Of a stretch of DNA of 64,000 nt, positions 34,227 through 42,472 are shown one piece after another. The notes under the pieces were generated by a model. It had not been told where the DNA came from. It searched no databases and saw nothing but the letters and a program-made list of their open reading frames with translations. This DNA comes from a virus. The stretch lies in the IMG/VR virus record IMGVR_UViG_3300045988_138000, one strand, 5' to 3'. The position numbers and the translations under genes are program-made. Numbering within the stretch: the stretch's first letter is position 1; each line of letters starts with the position of its first letter.

Positions 34227-35810
34227 TTATTGTTTGAAAGCTCCTGCCAACAATGGCAAGAAGAAAACAGCAGCACCGATCATGGAGAAGAGAACAACAC
34301 CCGTTGATACGATAGCCAAGGCCGCGAACATATAGGTCAACGCCTTTTTTATGCCACAAGAAGACATCTCCTGCTGTGCAGATACCGATTCTTCATTTCC
34401 TCGCAGTGTCGGCTCGCCTACCTGCGGATAGTTACGCTTGCGCTTCGGCTTCGGCTGAGGGTCAGGCTCCGGCTGAAGAATAGGTTCTGGCTCTGCTTCA
34501 GACTCCTGGCTCTGATTAATATCCTGCCCTATAACGTGAGGCTCTGGATGATGAACCATCCCCGACTCGTCTATAACAAGAGGCTCCTCGTCTATAACAA
34601 GAGGTTCTTCCTCAATGATAGATTCTTCCTCCACCTTTCCATCAACGCAAACAATCACATCGCCGTGCAAGCTAACCTCAATCTTGCATCCAGGTGTAAG
34701 ATCCTTCTGAAGGAACGTGCGCTCGCTGCCACAGTTAGCATGGGCGAAAAGGTGTCCGTTCATTTCCACCTCGTCAAAGTCGGCAACATACGTCACCTTG
34801 CCAGTCTTTTCGCCTACCGTGGTATGATGGCCGCGATAGGTGGTTACGGCCTTGAATACGGGACGGAACTTAAATGCGCAGTTATACTTTGCGTCATGGT
34901 CTGTCTGTCCGATGCGGTCGTAATAGTCGTAGTTGTCAAACCTAAAGACAAGTCCGTCGGTAGGATAGGGCAGCTTCTCGCGCTCCACCTCGGCAGCACA
35001 CACGATGTTCTCGATGTCCTGCTCCAGCTCGGCATCCGTATTCTCAAGATTGAGAGCCGACACGAAGCCCGAAGTCTTGAAACCGTTACGCTCAAGGGCT
35101 TGCATCGCCGACATGTGTCTTATCACGCCGTCCATAATAAGACGGAAAGGATGAAACTCCAGGCGCTTGCACTCGTCAGCCACAGCCACCTTCTTAGCCA
35201 TGATGCCATTGCTCGTAGAACGAGGTGATTTGCCAGCCTTGCTATAACGGGCAAACTCCTCAAGCGAAATGATTACCTCACCTCTCACCTCTACTCGGTC
35301 GTACTGGCTCCATACGTCCACCTGGGCAGGAACACCCTGCACATGCTTGATATGGTCCAGGCAGTCGTTGCCAAACAACTCCTTGCCGTGTCCGTAGGTG
35401 GCTTCTGCCAATACTCCCTGACGATATACTAAGCTCACGGTCTCGCCGTCAAACTTCCACTCTACAGCCACCTCCGTGCCCTTGCTGCCGATATTGGCAG
35501 CTCTCTGCTGCGCTCTCAGGTATTTCACTACCGCCTTGGCATCATGCAGCTTCTTCATCGAGAGGCAAGCCGTGCGACGTGCCACCGTGTGCTTGCCGTT
35601 GCCGTTCTCGCTGTAGCACTGCTGAGTAGGAGAGTCTGGCAATATCTCGTCCGTGTGTTGATCTTCATACTCCTGCAGGGCAAAGTACATCGCGTCGTAT
35701 TCCTCGTCGCTGATGGTCGGGCGGTTCAGCCCGAAATATCTATAGTCGTGCATCTTCACCACGTCCACCAGCGCACGATAATCGTCGAAATTCTCTATTG
35801 TTTTCATCAT
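34227..35810 (-). CDS. ligA: NAD-dependent-type DNA ligase (minimal: Ia + adenylation + OB) with an acidic repeat linker and a hydrophobic C-terminal tail
   Basis: The Ia-like segment is YRYFGLNRPTISDEEYDAMYFALQEYE...PDSPTQ. The KxDG adenylation motif is EWKFDGETVSL. The OB-like segment is VGEKTGKVTYVADF...HGDVIVCV. The tail is ALTYMFAALAIVSTGVVLFSMIGAAVFFLPLLAGAF. Confidence 0.75.
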   Translation of the reverse strand: MMKTIENFDDYRALVDVVKMHDYRYFGLNRPTISDEEYDAMYFALQEYEDQHTDEILPDSPTQQCYSENGNGKHTVARRTACLSMKKLHDAKAVVKYLRAQQRAANIGSKGTEVAVEWKFDGETVSLVYRQGVLAEATYGHGKELFGNDCLDHIKHVQGVPAQVDVWSQYDRVEVRGEVIISLEEFARYSKAGKSPRSTSNGIMAKKVAVADECKRLEFHPFRLIMDGVIRHMSAMQALERNGFKTSGFVSALNLENTDAELEQDIENIVCAAEVEREKLPYPTDGLVFRFDNYDYYDRIGQTDHDAKYNCAFKFRPVFKAVTTYRGHHTTVGEKTGKVTYVADFDEVEMNGHLFAHANCGSERTFLQKDLTPGCKIEVSLHGDVIVCVDGKVEEESIIEEEPLVIDEEPLVIDESGMVHHPEPHVIGQDINQSQESEAEPEPILQPEPDPQPKPKRKRNYPQVGEPTLRGNEESVSAQQEMSSCGIKKALTYMFAALAIVSTGVVLFSMIGAAVFFLPLLAGAFKQ

Positions 35811-35853
35811 GCTATAATATGTTTCTAAATTAAAAGTATGTTGTTGCTATTTT

Positions 35854-36027
35854 TTATTCGTTTCCCTGCTGCACTGCCATAATCGTGCGCATGGTGTCTG
35901 TGATATACTGACCGCCTCCGTGCTGGAGAATCCACTCGTGCACATCATCGGCTACGATATATTTTCGTGTCCTGCCCTCCATGGCAGGGCGACCTGATCT
36001 TGAATTTTCAGTCTTGATTATTTCCAT
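35854..36027 (-). CDS. small hypothetical protein (57 aa)
   Basis: Own translation: MEIIKTENSRSGRPAMEGRTRKYIVADDVHEWILQHGGGQYITDTMRTIMAVQQGNE. It fills the gap between two genes. Confidence 0.4.
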   Translation of the reverse strand: MEIIKTENSRSGRPAMEGRTRKYIVADDVHEWILQHGGGQYITDTMRTIMAVQQGNE

Positions 36028-36039
36028 ATTTCCCTCGTT

Positions 36040-36657
36040 TTATTTTTTGTCTATAATATCATCATCTGCGGTCTCAGACTCTTTCAGATCCGTTGGCAAC
36101 CATACAGGCCACCAGGTCACGTCCAAAGCCCATTGGAACATGTCGCCCTGGTCAGCCTTGTAGTTCCAAAAGACGTGCAGGATTTTGAACACTTCCCAGG
36201 CTTCTGCGTCCGTCAGTTCCGACAACACGCCTTTCAGGTTTTCCTCCTCGGCTTTCGTCAGGTCCACTGTCTTCTCCATTTCCAACCAGTCGCACACCTC
36301 TGCGCACAACATACAAGCCGCGTTTTCTGCGTCCTTGTCCGATAACAGAAGGCTGTTGGTAGCTGCTGCCATCGCCAGCCAGTATTTCTCGTTGCTCAAC
36401 TTCCAGATAGCAGAGCGACGAGTGCGCCAGTCGCTAAGAGCCACCTCCACGTGTTTCTCTGCCATCCAGTCGCCAATCTCGCGCATGATACGTGCCATTT
36501 CTGACGCATCAAAAGGAACGAAGTCGACAAGGACTTTCACCTCCTGACTCTCATTAAACAAACCTTCGCGGAAATCAATCGCGATGCCACTCTCATTGTC
36601 TGTCACTGTCCACATCAGATCCTTGCCCGATGTCAACTCAAATCTTTCTTTTGCCAT
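36040..36657 (-). CDS. hypothetical protein
   Basis: Trimmed to the ATG at 36657 (MAKERFELTSG...). Confidence 0.6.
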   Translation of the reverse strand: MAKERFELTSGKDLMWTVTDNESGIAIDFREGLFNESQEVKVLVDFVPFDASEMARIMREIGDWMAEKHVEVALSDWRTRRSAIWKLSNEKYWLAMAAATNSLLLSDKDAENAACMLCAEVCDWLEMEKTVDLTKAEEENLKGVLSELTDAEAWEVFKILHVFWNYKADQGDMFQWALDVTWWPVWLPTDLKESETADDDIIDKK

Positions 36658-36743
36658 AATCTGTCGTTTTTTTACTTTTTGTTTTGAAATCAGCAAGAAG
36701 GCTCTTTTTACCTTTTTACTTTTTTACTTTTTTACCTTTAAAA

Positions 36744-36968
36744 TTACCTTTCCACCATTCTCAGCTCCGCACCAAGTGCTCCTGCAATCTTGTTGAGTAC
36801 GTCGATATTGACGGCATACTTGCCGGCTTCCACACTGCGAATGTTTGAAATAGAGATGCCCGCAATCTTGGCGAGCTGCTCTTGCTCCCAACCCTGGGCG
36901 GTACGCATCGCGCGGATGCTCTCGCCCATGGCCTTACGCTTGTCATAAATGATTTGGTCTTTTTCCAT
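36744..36968 (-). CDS. XRE-family HTH transcriptional regulator
   Basis: GESIRAMRTAQGWEQEQLAKIAGISISNIRSVEAGKYAVNIDVLNKIAGALG is a classic HTH_3 pattern. Confidence 0.75.
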   Translation of the reverse strand: MEKDQIIYDKRKAMGESIRAMRTAQGWEQEQLAKIAGISISNIRSVEAGKYAVNIDVLNKIAGALGAELRMVER

Positions 36969-36987
36969 ATTGTCTATAATAAATCAA

Positions 36988-37770
36988 TTAATTGTCGTTC
37001 TGTTCTATCTGTTCAAGTTTCATATACACCAAAGTGTTCTTGTCGTAATATCTTCGAGGCGCAGCCGAGGAAAAGTAGGTGTTCTTACTCTCTTTGATGT
37101 AGGGAGCTGCATCCACTAATTTCTTTCCGAAGCTTGTCAGGGCGTGCGTTTTACCGATGATGTTTATGCCAGACTCGTAAGCCTTCCGCACAGCAACGGC
37201 AAAACGATGTAAAGCGGCTTTACTATTCTTCTCCTCCTTCGTCACCTTTGCCAACACCTTCAGATGGTCGGTCGTTCGTGCTTTCGTGCGCAACTCCACC
37301 GTGCCCTTTTTCCTATAGTTGATGCAAACGACATACTCACCAGGCTTCAGTTGTTCCAGATGTTCCTCTAAGAGGTCGTACCGCTGCAACACCTCAATAG
37401 GCTTAACACATACGCTGTCCTTCGTGCCGGCAAGCGCAGCCCTAATCTCCTGAGCCTTCTGTAAAGCCTTCGCTTTAGCTTCGGCTTCCGCTTTCAGGCG
37501 AAACTCCTCACGCTCTCGCTGCGCAGTCTCCTCGGCTATCTCACGATCCACGGCAGCGCGTATCTCAGCAACATCGTTGCCCATGTCCCTGCAAGCTGCC
37601 CAAAGACCACCACTATGACTCTCATGCCCTTTTATTATCGACTTTTCGTTGGTGCATTTGGTGCCATCCATCCGAGTGACACGCAGCCTCCCCGTCAGCT
37701 CGTCTCTATATACAAGCATATAGGTGGAGCGTAGATTCTTCGACTTCCAAACTCTAATCTGTTCTGCCAT
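36988..37770 (-). CDS. hypothetical protein
   Basis: 260-aa ORF with a central coiled coil. Confidence 0.6.
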   Translation of the reverse strand: MAEQIRVWKSKNLRSTYMLVYRDELTGRLRVTRMDGTKCTNEKSIIKGHESHSGGLWAACRDMGNDVAEIRAAVDREIAEETAQREREEFRLKAEAEAKAKALQKAQEIRAALAGTKDSVCVKPIEVLQRYDLLEEHLEQLKPGEYVVCINYRKKGTVELRTKARTTDHLKVLAKVTKEEKNSKAALHRFAVAVRKAYESGINIIGKTHALTSFGKKLVDAAPYIKESKNTYFSSAAPRRYYDKNTLVYMKLEQIEQNDN

Positions 37771-37815
37771 AATAAGATTATTTTCTAAATATTTGTTAAT
37801 AATACAGCCAATTTC

Positions 37816-37846
37816 TTTGTCCGTATTGTTTTATTTCTTATATTTG
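37816..37846 (+). promoter_or_regulatory. plus-strand Bacteroidota-type promoter (TTTG-N19-TATATTTG)
   Basis: TTTG at 37816-37819 and TATATTTG at 37839-37846. No plus-strand ORF lies downstream. Confidence 0.5.
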
Positions 37847-37852
37847 CAACTG

Positions 37853-38023
37853 TCTCCGGAGGCTTTTAATCGTACCTTTATGGAATAGAAAGAAAACAAC
37901 AACTTCCGTTGACAGTCAGGCGTCAGCCTGTGGATTTAAACGTTCTCCAAAGAACGAATTTCTACTATCGTAGATTCGAGCCAGATGGCTCGCGTAGCCC
38001 GGCTTAGGTCGGGCTATTTTATT
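37853..38023 (+). ncRNA. candidate about 170-nt antisense-oriented small RNA
   Basis: Four consecutive tetraloop hairpins lie at 37917-37930, 37941-37956, 37961-37974 and 37977-37992. They are followed by the terminator hairpin agcccg/cgggct at 37996-38015 plus ATTTTATT. There is no ORF. Confidence 0.4.
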
Positions 38024-38576
38024 CCTCCTCGTCTTCCTCCTCACAAGTATTCTGATATTTGTCGCTGTTGCTCACAAGGTCATCAATAGCAGATTTTAGA
38101 GTATAATCCTTTTTGGGATAATAGACTATATCGCTTTCTAAATCATCATAGAAGTCGGATCCGCGTTCATCCTCAGAGGCTCTTAATATACCTCCGTCAG
38201 GATCTAAACAGAAGCCAAAGATATATTCATCTTTACTCCAGCCCCCATAGATATTGATTTCAAAACCATCATAATCAACAGTAACATGGTCAATATATCC
38301 TATAAACTTTAGACCATCATTATCACCAACACCAATATAAAGAATCCCTTCCTCGTCCTCGCGCAAATCATACCATGCTTCGTCCTCGTGATTCTTGTAC
38401 CACTTAGACACCTCGCCGTCGTATTTAAAAGACGACCACAGATAATAATATAAACGATCTTCTAATATCTCGCTATCGAAAAGGTCTTCACCAAACTTCT
38501 TGTATTCCGTGTTATCAGGCGAACTGTTTACGCTTTTCAATTCATTAAAACCTGCTATCTCATCTATTTCAAACAT
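38019..38576 (-). CDS. acidic hypothetical protein
   Basis: 185 aa, rich in D and E, ending in CEEEDEEE. Confidence 0.6.
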   Translation of the reverse strand: MFEIDEIAGFNELKSVNSSPDNTEYKKFGEDLFDSEILEDRLYYYLWSSFKYDGEVSKWYKNHEDEAWYDLREDEEGILYIGVGDNDGLKFIGYIDHVTVDYDGFEINIYGGWSKDEYIFGFCLDPDGGILRASEDERGSDFYDDLESDIVYYPKKDYTLKSAIDDLVSNSDKYQNTCEEEDEEE

Positions 38577-38652
38577 ATCTTATGACTTAACCGTGATGTC
38601 AAGGGCTGAAACTTGTAATTAAAAAACCTTGCTATAACAAAGATGTTGCTCT

Positions 38653-38955
38653 TTATTTTAATTGTTTTTTAAGTAAATCTAAAATTATATCCTCTTCTGC
38701 TTCGTCAAGATTATAACAAGCATGAGGGACGATGGTTGTTCTCAGGTTGTCTTTATGTAGATAGATGATGTTTGCGTTCTCGTTCCAAGTGCGAGGCTTA
38801 TAGCACCTCTTCAACATTTCGGAGAATGATTTATTCTCCTTCTTTGCATAGTCGGTGTTCCAGATGTTCATAAGAGCAATAAGCTGCTTCCAACTTAATT
38901 CGTTCAACTCTATATTGCCATTTGCTTTTACGATTTTCTCTAATATATTCTCCAT
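38653..38955 (-). CDS. hypothetical protein
   Basis: 100-aa ORF. Confidence 0.55.
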   Translation of the reverse strand: MENILEKIVKANGNIELNELSWKQLIALMNIWNTDYAKKENKSFSEMLKRCYKPRTWNENANIIYLHKDNLRTTIVPHACYNLDEAEEDIILDLLKKQLK

Positions 38956-39045
38956 AAGATTCCCGCTTGCCGTGATGCGGTAGGGCAGAATGGTTTATGT
39001 TATTTTTTGTGATTACCCACAGCCTCCATAAAGAGGCTGCAAGGC

Positions 39046-40449
39046 TTAATGATTAAGTGCATACTCGATGGCCTGCTCTGCATAATATTCAACACCGAAC
39101 TGCTTGGCATACTTACGGAGGTCTGCTATTGAGATAGATGTAGCCTTATGGCCTATGGCTTCCTCGTACTTGTGCTTGAACTCCTGAGTACCAGGGCGAC
39201 AGTTGCCAGCATTCAGCGAGTCGGCAAAGGTGATCTTCAGGCTGCCGTTCTGTTTCTCTTCCTCGCGTCTCTCGGCTCTCTTGCGCTTGCTCAATATGCG
39301 AGCCAGCTTCATGGCTCGGTGCTCCTCGTTGATGCGGACAGCCTCACGCAGACTCTTAGCCTCGATGTGCTCACCTCTTACAAGGTAGCCCGTATGCTTA
39401 GTGATGTCGGCTATAGAGCGTCCCTGCTCTATCCATTCCACTTTCATTCCTTGGCGATTAAACTCGCCCTTATAGAAGGTAATCAGACCGCCTACATTAC
39501 GAACCCTGAAGCCCTTCTTGATGTTCAGGGTGAAGAAACGGCGTATCATTGCGAACTTGCAACTCCGAGAATAACCATCAAAATCTCGTTCCTCATCGCA
39601 GACGATATTGTTCTCGTCGGCAATATGACCAGAGATGTTGCCGGTATTTTCACCCGTGCGCAAATTTGCTATAACAAATCCAAATACCGAGAAGTAGTCG
39701 TCAATCATCATACTAACGCGCTTCTGCTCTTCCTCGTAAGCCTTGCGAGCCTTTTCCTCGGCTTTCTCTCTCGCCTTCTGCTCCTTCTCCTGCTCCTTCT
39801 TCAACTGCTTCTGATACTTGAGCCACATCTTCGCACCTTCTTCAAGCGATAGGCCCTTAGTGTCAATCTCCTTGCATCTGCCCAGAACGCCACGTATGTA
39901 CGACTGATATTTCTGCACTTGTTGGGCAATAACTTCCTTAGCCTCCTGACGTGTAGCGAAATCCGCACGTCCCTTATAATAAGGAGTTTCTACGCGCTGA
40001 ATGATGCCACGCACTTGCTTTCCGCGGAGGTCAAGCAGCTGGCTGCATGACTTACCCAGAACACGACGTATCATTTCCGCAGTCACCTTATAAGGATATT
40101 GACTTGCAACGATACCCTTCCGAAGGCTATAGTAGTCACAGATTAACGCAACAAAAATGTCGTCGCCATTGTCTTCGAGATTACGATAATCATAAAGACA
40201 CTTTTCGCCGTAATATCCGAACACGTCCTCGTTAAAGGTCTTCTGTAATACCTTATTATTAGAGAGACCAGCCGAGAATGAATAAACATCGAATACTGCT
40301 TCGCCAGGGAGCATGTCTATAAATTTCCAGATGTCCTCAACGTCTGGAATGTTATAAACAACGTCTGCGTAATAAGGATACACGAATGCGATAGAATCCT
40401 TCTTGTCGCCAAACTTCTCTATGAACTGCTGTTTGTTGTAAGTCTTCAT
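39046..40449 (-). CDS. hypothetical protein with a central charged coiled coil
   Basis: 467 aa. It contains KKEQEKEQKAREKAEEKARKAYEEEQKR. Confidence 0.65.
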   Translation of the reverse strand: MKTYNKQQFIEKFGDKKDSIAFVYPYYADVVYNIPDVEDIWKFIDMLPGEAVFDVYSFSAGLSNNKVLQKTFNEDVFGYYGEKCLYDYRNLEDNGDDIFVALICDYYSLRKGIVASQYPYKVTAEMIRRVLGKSCSQLLDLRGKQVRGIIQRVETPYYKGRADFATRQEAKEVIAQQVQKYQSYIRGVLGRCKEIDTKGLSLEEGAKMWLKYQKQLKKEQEKEQKAREKAEEKARKAYEEEQKRVSMMIDDYFSVFGFVIANLRTGENTGNISGHIADENNIVCDEERDFDGYSRSCKFAMIRRFFTLNIKKGFRVRNVGGLITFYKGEFNRQGMKVEWIEQGRSIADITKHTGYLVRGEHIEAKSLREAVRINEEHRAMKLARILSKRKRAERREEEKQNGSLKITFADSLNAGNCRPGTQEFKHKYEEAIGHKATSISIADLRKYAKQFGVEYYAEQAIEYALNH

Positions 40450-40518
40450 ATTCTAATTGCCGCTTATAGGTTGCCGCCCTGTTCTAATGATTAATATTGT
40501 TTTCTTTATTTTCTGATG

Positions 40519-40550
40519 CAAAGATAGTGATAATTTTTGAAACTACCAAA
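40519..40550 (-). promoter_or_regulatory. Bacteroidota-type promoter (TTTG-N20-TATCTTTG)
   Basis: On the plus strand, caaagata lies at 40519-40526 and caaa at 40547-40550. The ATG is at 40449. Confidence 0.55.
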
Positions 40551-40639
40551 ATAAAAAGGACTTTTATTCAGAATAAAATGCACTTTTATTATTTTCTTTA
40601 CATTTTCCGTCATATTTCACAGATTTCGCGAGTTTTTTC

Positions 40640-40843
40640 GTGTCTTCCGTGTCGTATGTCGGTTCACGTTGTCACTCCTTCGGGTGTCGAGCCCTCACAT
40701 GCCAGCCGTGGGGAGTGGTGCGCTGCTGCTATCCTCACGGACTGCCAGCAGCTAAAAAACAAAAATACTCAGATGATGATTATGATAGCTCCCGCCGAAG
40801 GGGTCGATCCTTCGCAAGGCCGTGCCGGGCGCGGGATAGGGTG
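40640..40843. other. GC-rich hairpin island
   Basis: Stems: cactcc/ggagtg; gctgctg/cagcagc (40722-40752); tcccgc/gcggga enclosing gaagg-ggtcgat-ccttc (40785-40835). There is no ORF. Confidence 0.5.
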
Positions 40844-41161
40844 TTATCTAAGCTCGGACAATTCCAGATGTCCGTATATTATTTTGTCCTGCAGGTCACG
40901 CAAGAAGGTCGTTGCACATTCTCTCTTTTCGTCCTCCTTGAACGTCAGAATCTGTTCCTCACGCGACATGCTTTCATCTTCATACGCGAATGTGCCGTTT
41001 TTAATGCCTTAGCACTCCACATCTGTAATAACTCTCACCTTAACGTGATAATTATCAGCTTGCTTAAAAGCCGCATCAGTAATAGCTTTATAAATTGCAT
41101 TGTAGGCATGTATGTTGTTGTGAAATATTTCAATAATAATCGTTTCTTTTTCATTATTCAT
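40844..41161 (-). CDS. small ORF interrupted by an in-frame TAA (either two mini-ORFs or one 105-codon gene)
   Basis: Own translation: MNNEKETIIIEIFHNNIHAYNAIYKAITDAAFKQADNYHVKVRVITDVEC*GIKNGTFAYEDESMSREEQILTFKEDEKRECATTFLRDLQDKIIYGHLELSELR*. The TAA lies at 41011-41009. Confidence 0.3.
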
Positions 41162-41525
41162 AATTTTCCGTCGTTTTTTTAAGGGTTCTTATAATATTTG
41201 TCTCATACCACACCGCCGCCTGAGCCATCGTGTCCTTCAGCTCCTCGATGATCTGCTTGTAGTTGTTCTGAGTGATGGCAATGTGCCGTTCTGGGTGCTT
41301 CCCGTCGTGGTCGCCGCTTGCCAGGTGGATGATGCAGAATGTGCGGTCGGTATCGTGATGAGCTACCATGCCTCGTTGCTTGAGAGCTGCCACCGTGCGG
41401 TCGAAGTCTGCAGGAGTGGTGGGTATCACCTGCAACACGCTCCAGGGGCGTTCCTGAGCCGTGAGGAGGATGTTCCCTTCCTGCTCACTAAGCAGGAAGG
41501 AATGAATTGTTTTAGATGTTTTCAT
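41154..41525 (-). CDS. hypothetical protein
   Basis: Trimmed to the ATG at 41525 (MKTSKTIHSF...). Confidence 0.55.
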   Translation of the reverse strand: MKTSKTIHSFLLSEQEGNILLTAQERPWSVLQVIPTTPADFDRTVAALKQRGMVAHHDTDRTFCIIHLASGDHDGKHPERHIAITQNNYKQIIEELKDTMAQAAVWYETNIIRTLKKTTENYE

Positions 41526-41529
41526 ACAA

Positions 41530-42156
41530 TTAAGCAACTTTTTCGATGTCCTTCATATATGATGTTATACTAATATCTTCACATATTCGACCGTACACTT
41601 CGTATTCAAGACTTTCAGTTTCACCTTTCGCTATATATTCTGCCTTAACAATATAATAGAGCATACAAAAGAGATAGGCAGGTTGGAAAGTCTCGTTGTC
41701 ATCGAACAAGCGGCGTGGCCACTGGTCGATGTCGTTGGATAGATTGGAAAAGAAGCCATCATAGTTTGTATGGTTCTTCTTTATCCACTTAGCCAACTGA
41801 TTGCGGTGTTTCCCTATCTTTGCTATAATAGCATCCTCCGCAGCCTGTGTCAAGCGAATTTTTACACGACAAGAATCATTTTCAAAATTGTAGTATCGTG
41901 GACTGACTACCTCTAAGAACTCCAGCTCTATATCATCGCTAATAAACTCCTGCATCCACAATTCCCACACCTCCGTATATGCTTGGCAGATGTCGTTCTG
42001 GTACTGCTTATAGTCGAAAGTAAAGTCAACATCCTCCTTCAGACCTTCTTCCTCACACTCATAATATATTGTGTCGTTAGGACTCCAGATGGAGTCGTAA
42101 AAGCCTACGAAACTCTGCAATATACCTATAGTCTCATTTACAAAAATCTTTTCCAT
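41530..42156 (-). CDS. hypothetical protein
   Basis: 208-aa acidic ORF. Confidence 0.6.
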   Translation of the reverse strand: MEKIFVNETIGILQSFVGFYDSIWSPNDTIYYECEEEGLKEDVDFTFDYKQYQNDICQAYTEVWELWMQEFISDDIELEFLEVVSPRYYNFENDSCRVKIRLTQAAEDAIIAKIGKHRNQLAKWIKKNHTNYDGFFSNLSNDIDQWPRRLFDDNETFQPAYLFCMLYYIVKAEYIAKGETESLEYEVYGRICEDISITSYMKDIEKVA

Positions 42157-42168
42157 AATTCTAATATT

Positions 42169-42420
42169 TTAGTCGTCTATAATAGAGATTCGAGACAACT
42201 CATTGTCCACGTGAATCTCGTACCCTTTATAATTGATGCTATAGCCTATACGGCCATAGCTGCAGAACAGCGGTTCACAAATCATACGAAAACCGTACCA
42301 GGCGAAGCGCCATGGATCTTGATTATATCCATCAAGCCATTTTTCGCAATCGCCAGAACGTTTCAATATTGCATTGATAAGGCGTTTTAGTTCTGCGGGT
42401 ATATCTTTTGGTACTCTCAT
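42169..42420 (-). CDS. hypothetical protein
   Basis: 83-aa ORF. Confidence 0.5.
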   Translation of the reverse strand: MRVPKDIPAELKRLINAILKRSGDCEKWLDGYNQDPWRFAWYGFRMICEPLFCSYGRIGYSINYKGYEIHVDNELSRISIIDD

Positions 42421-42440
42421 AATTGTAATATTTTTATTTG

Positions 42441-42463
42441 TCTATAATAGGGGCAAATGCCCC
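42441..42463 (-). promoter_or_regulatory. hairpin + TATTATAGA intergenic element (copy A)
   Basis: On the minus strand: GGGGC-attt-GCCCC, then TATTATAGA, then 20 nt to the ATG at 42420. Confidence 0.5.
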
Positions 42464-42472
42464 CGTGATACC

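Noticed and set aside
40780-40840. A tRNA gene, suggested by a T-arm-like GAAGG-ATCGACC-CCTTC plus an acceptor-like stem (possible suppressor tRNA for the in-frame TAAs)
   Set aside because: Only about 16 nt separate the 5' acceptor strand from the T-arm, so there is no room for D and anticodon arms. Position 54 is A. tRNAscan-SE or ARAGORN would settle it.
40497-41182. Plus-strand ORFs of 171 and 180 aa
   Set aside because: They span promoter DNA, the GC hairpin island and the antisense strand of small minus-strand ORFs. Their composition is Cys/Arg/Ser-rich, and they are not colinear with any plus-strand unit.
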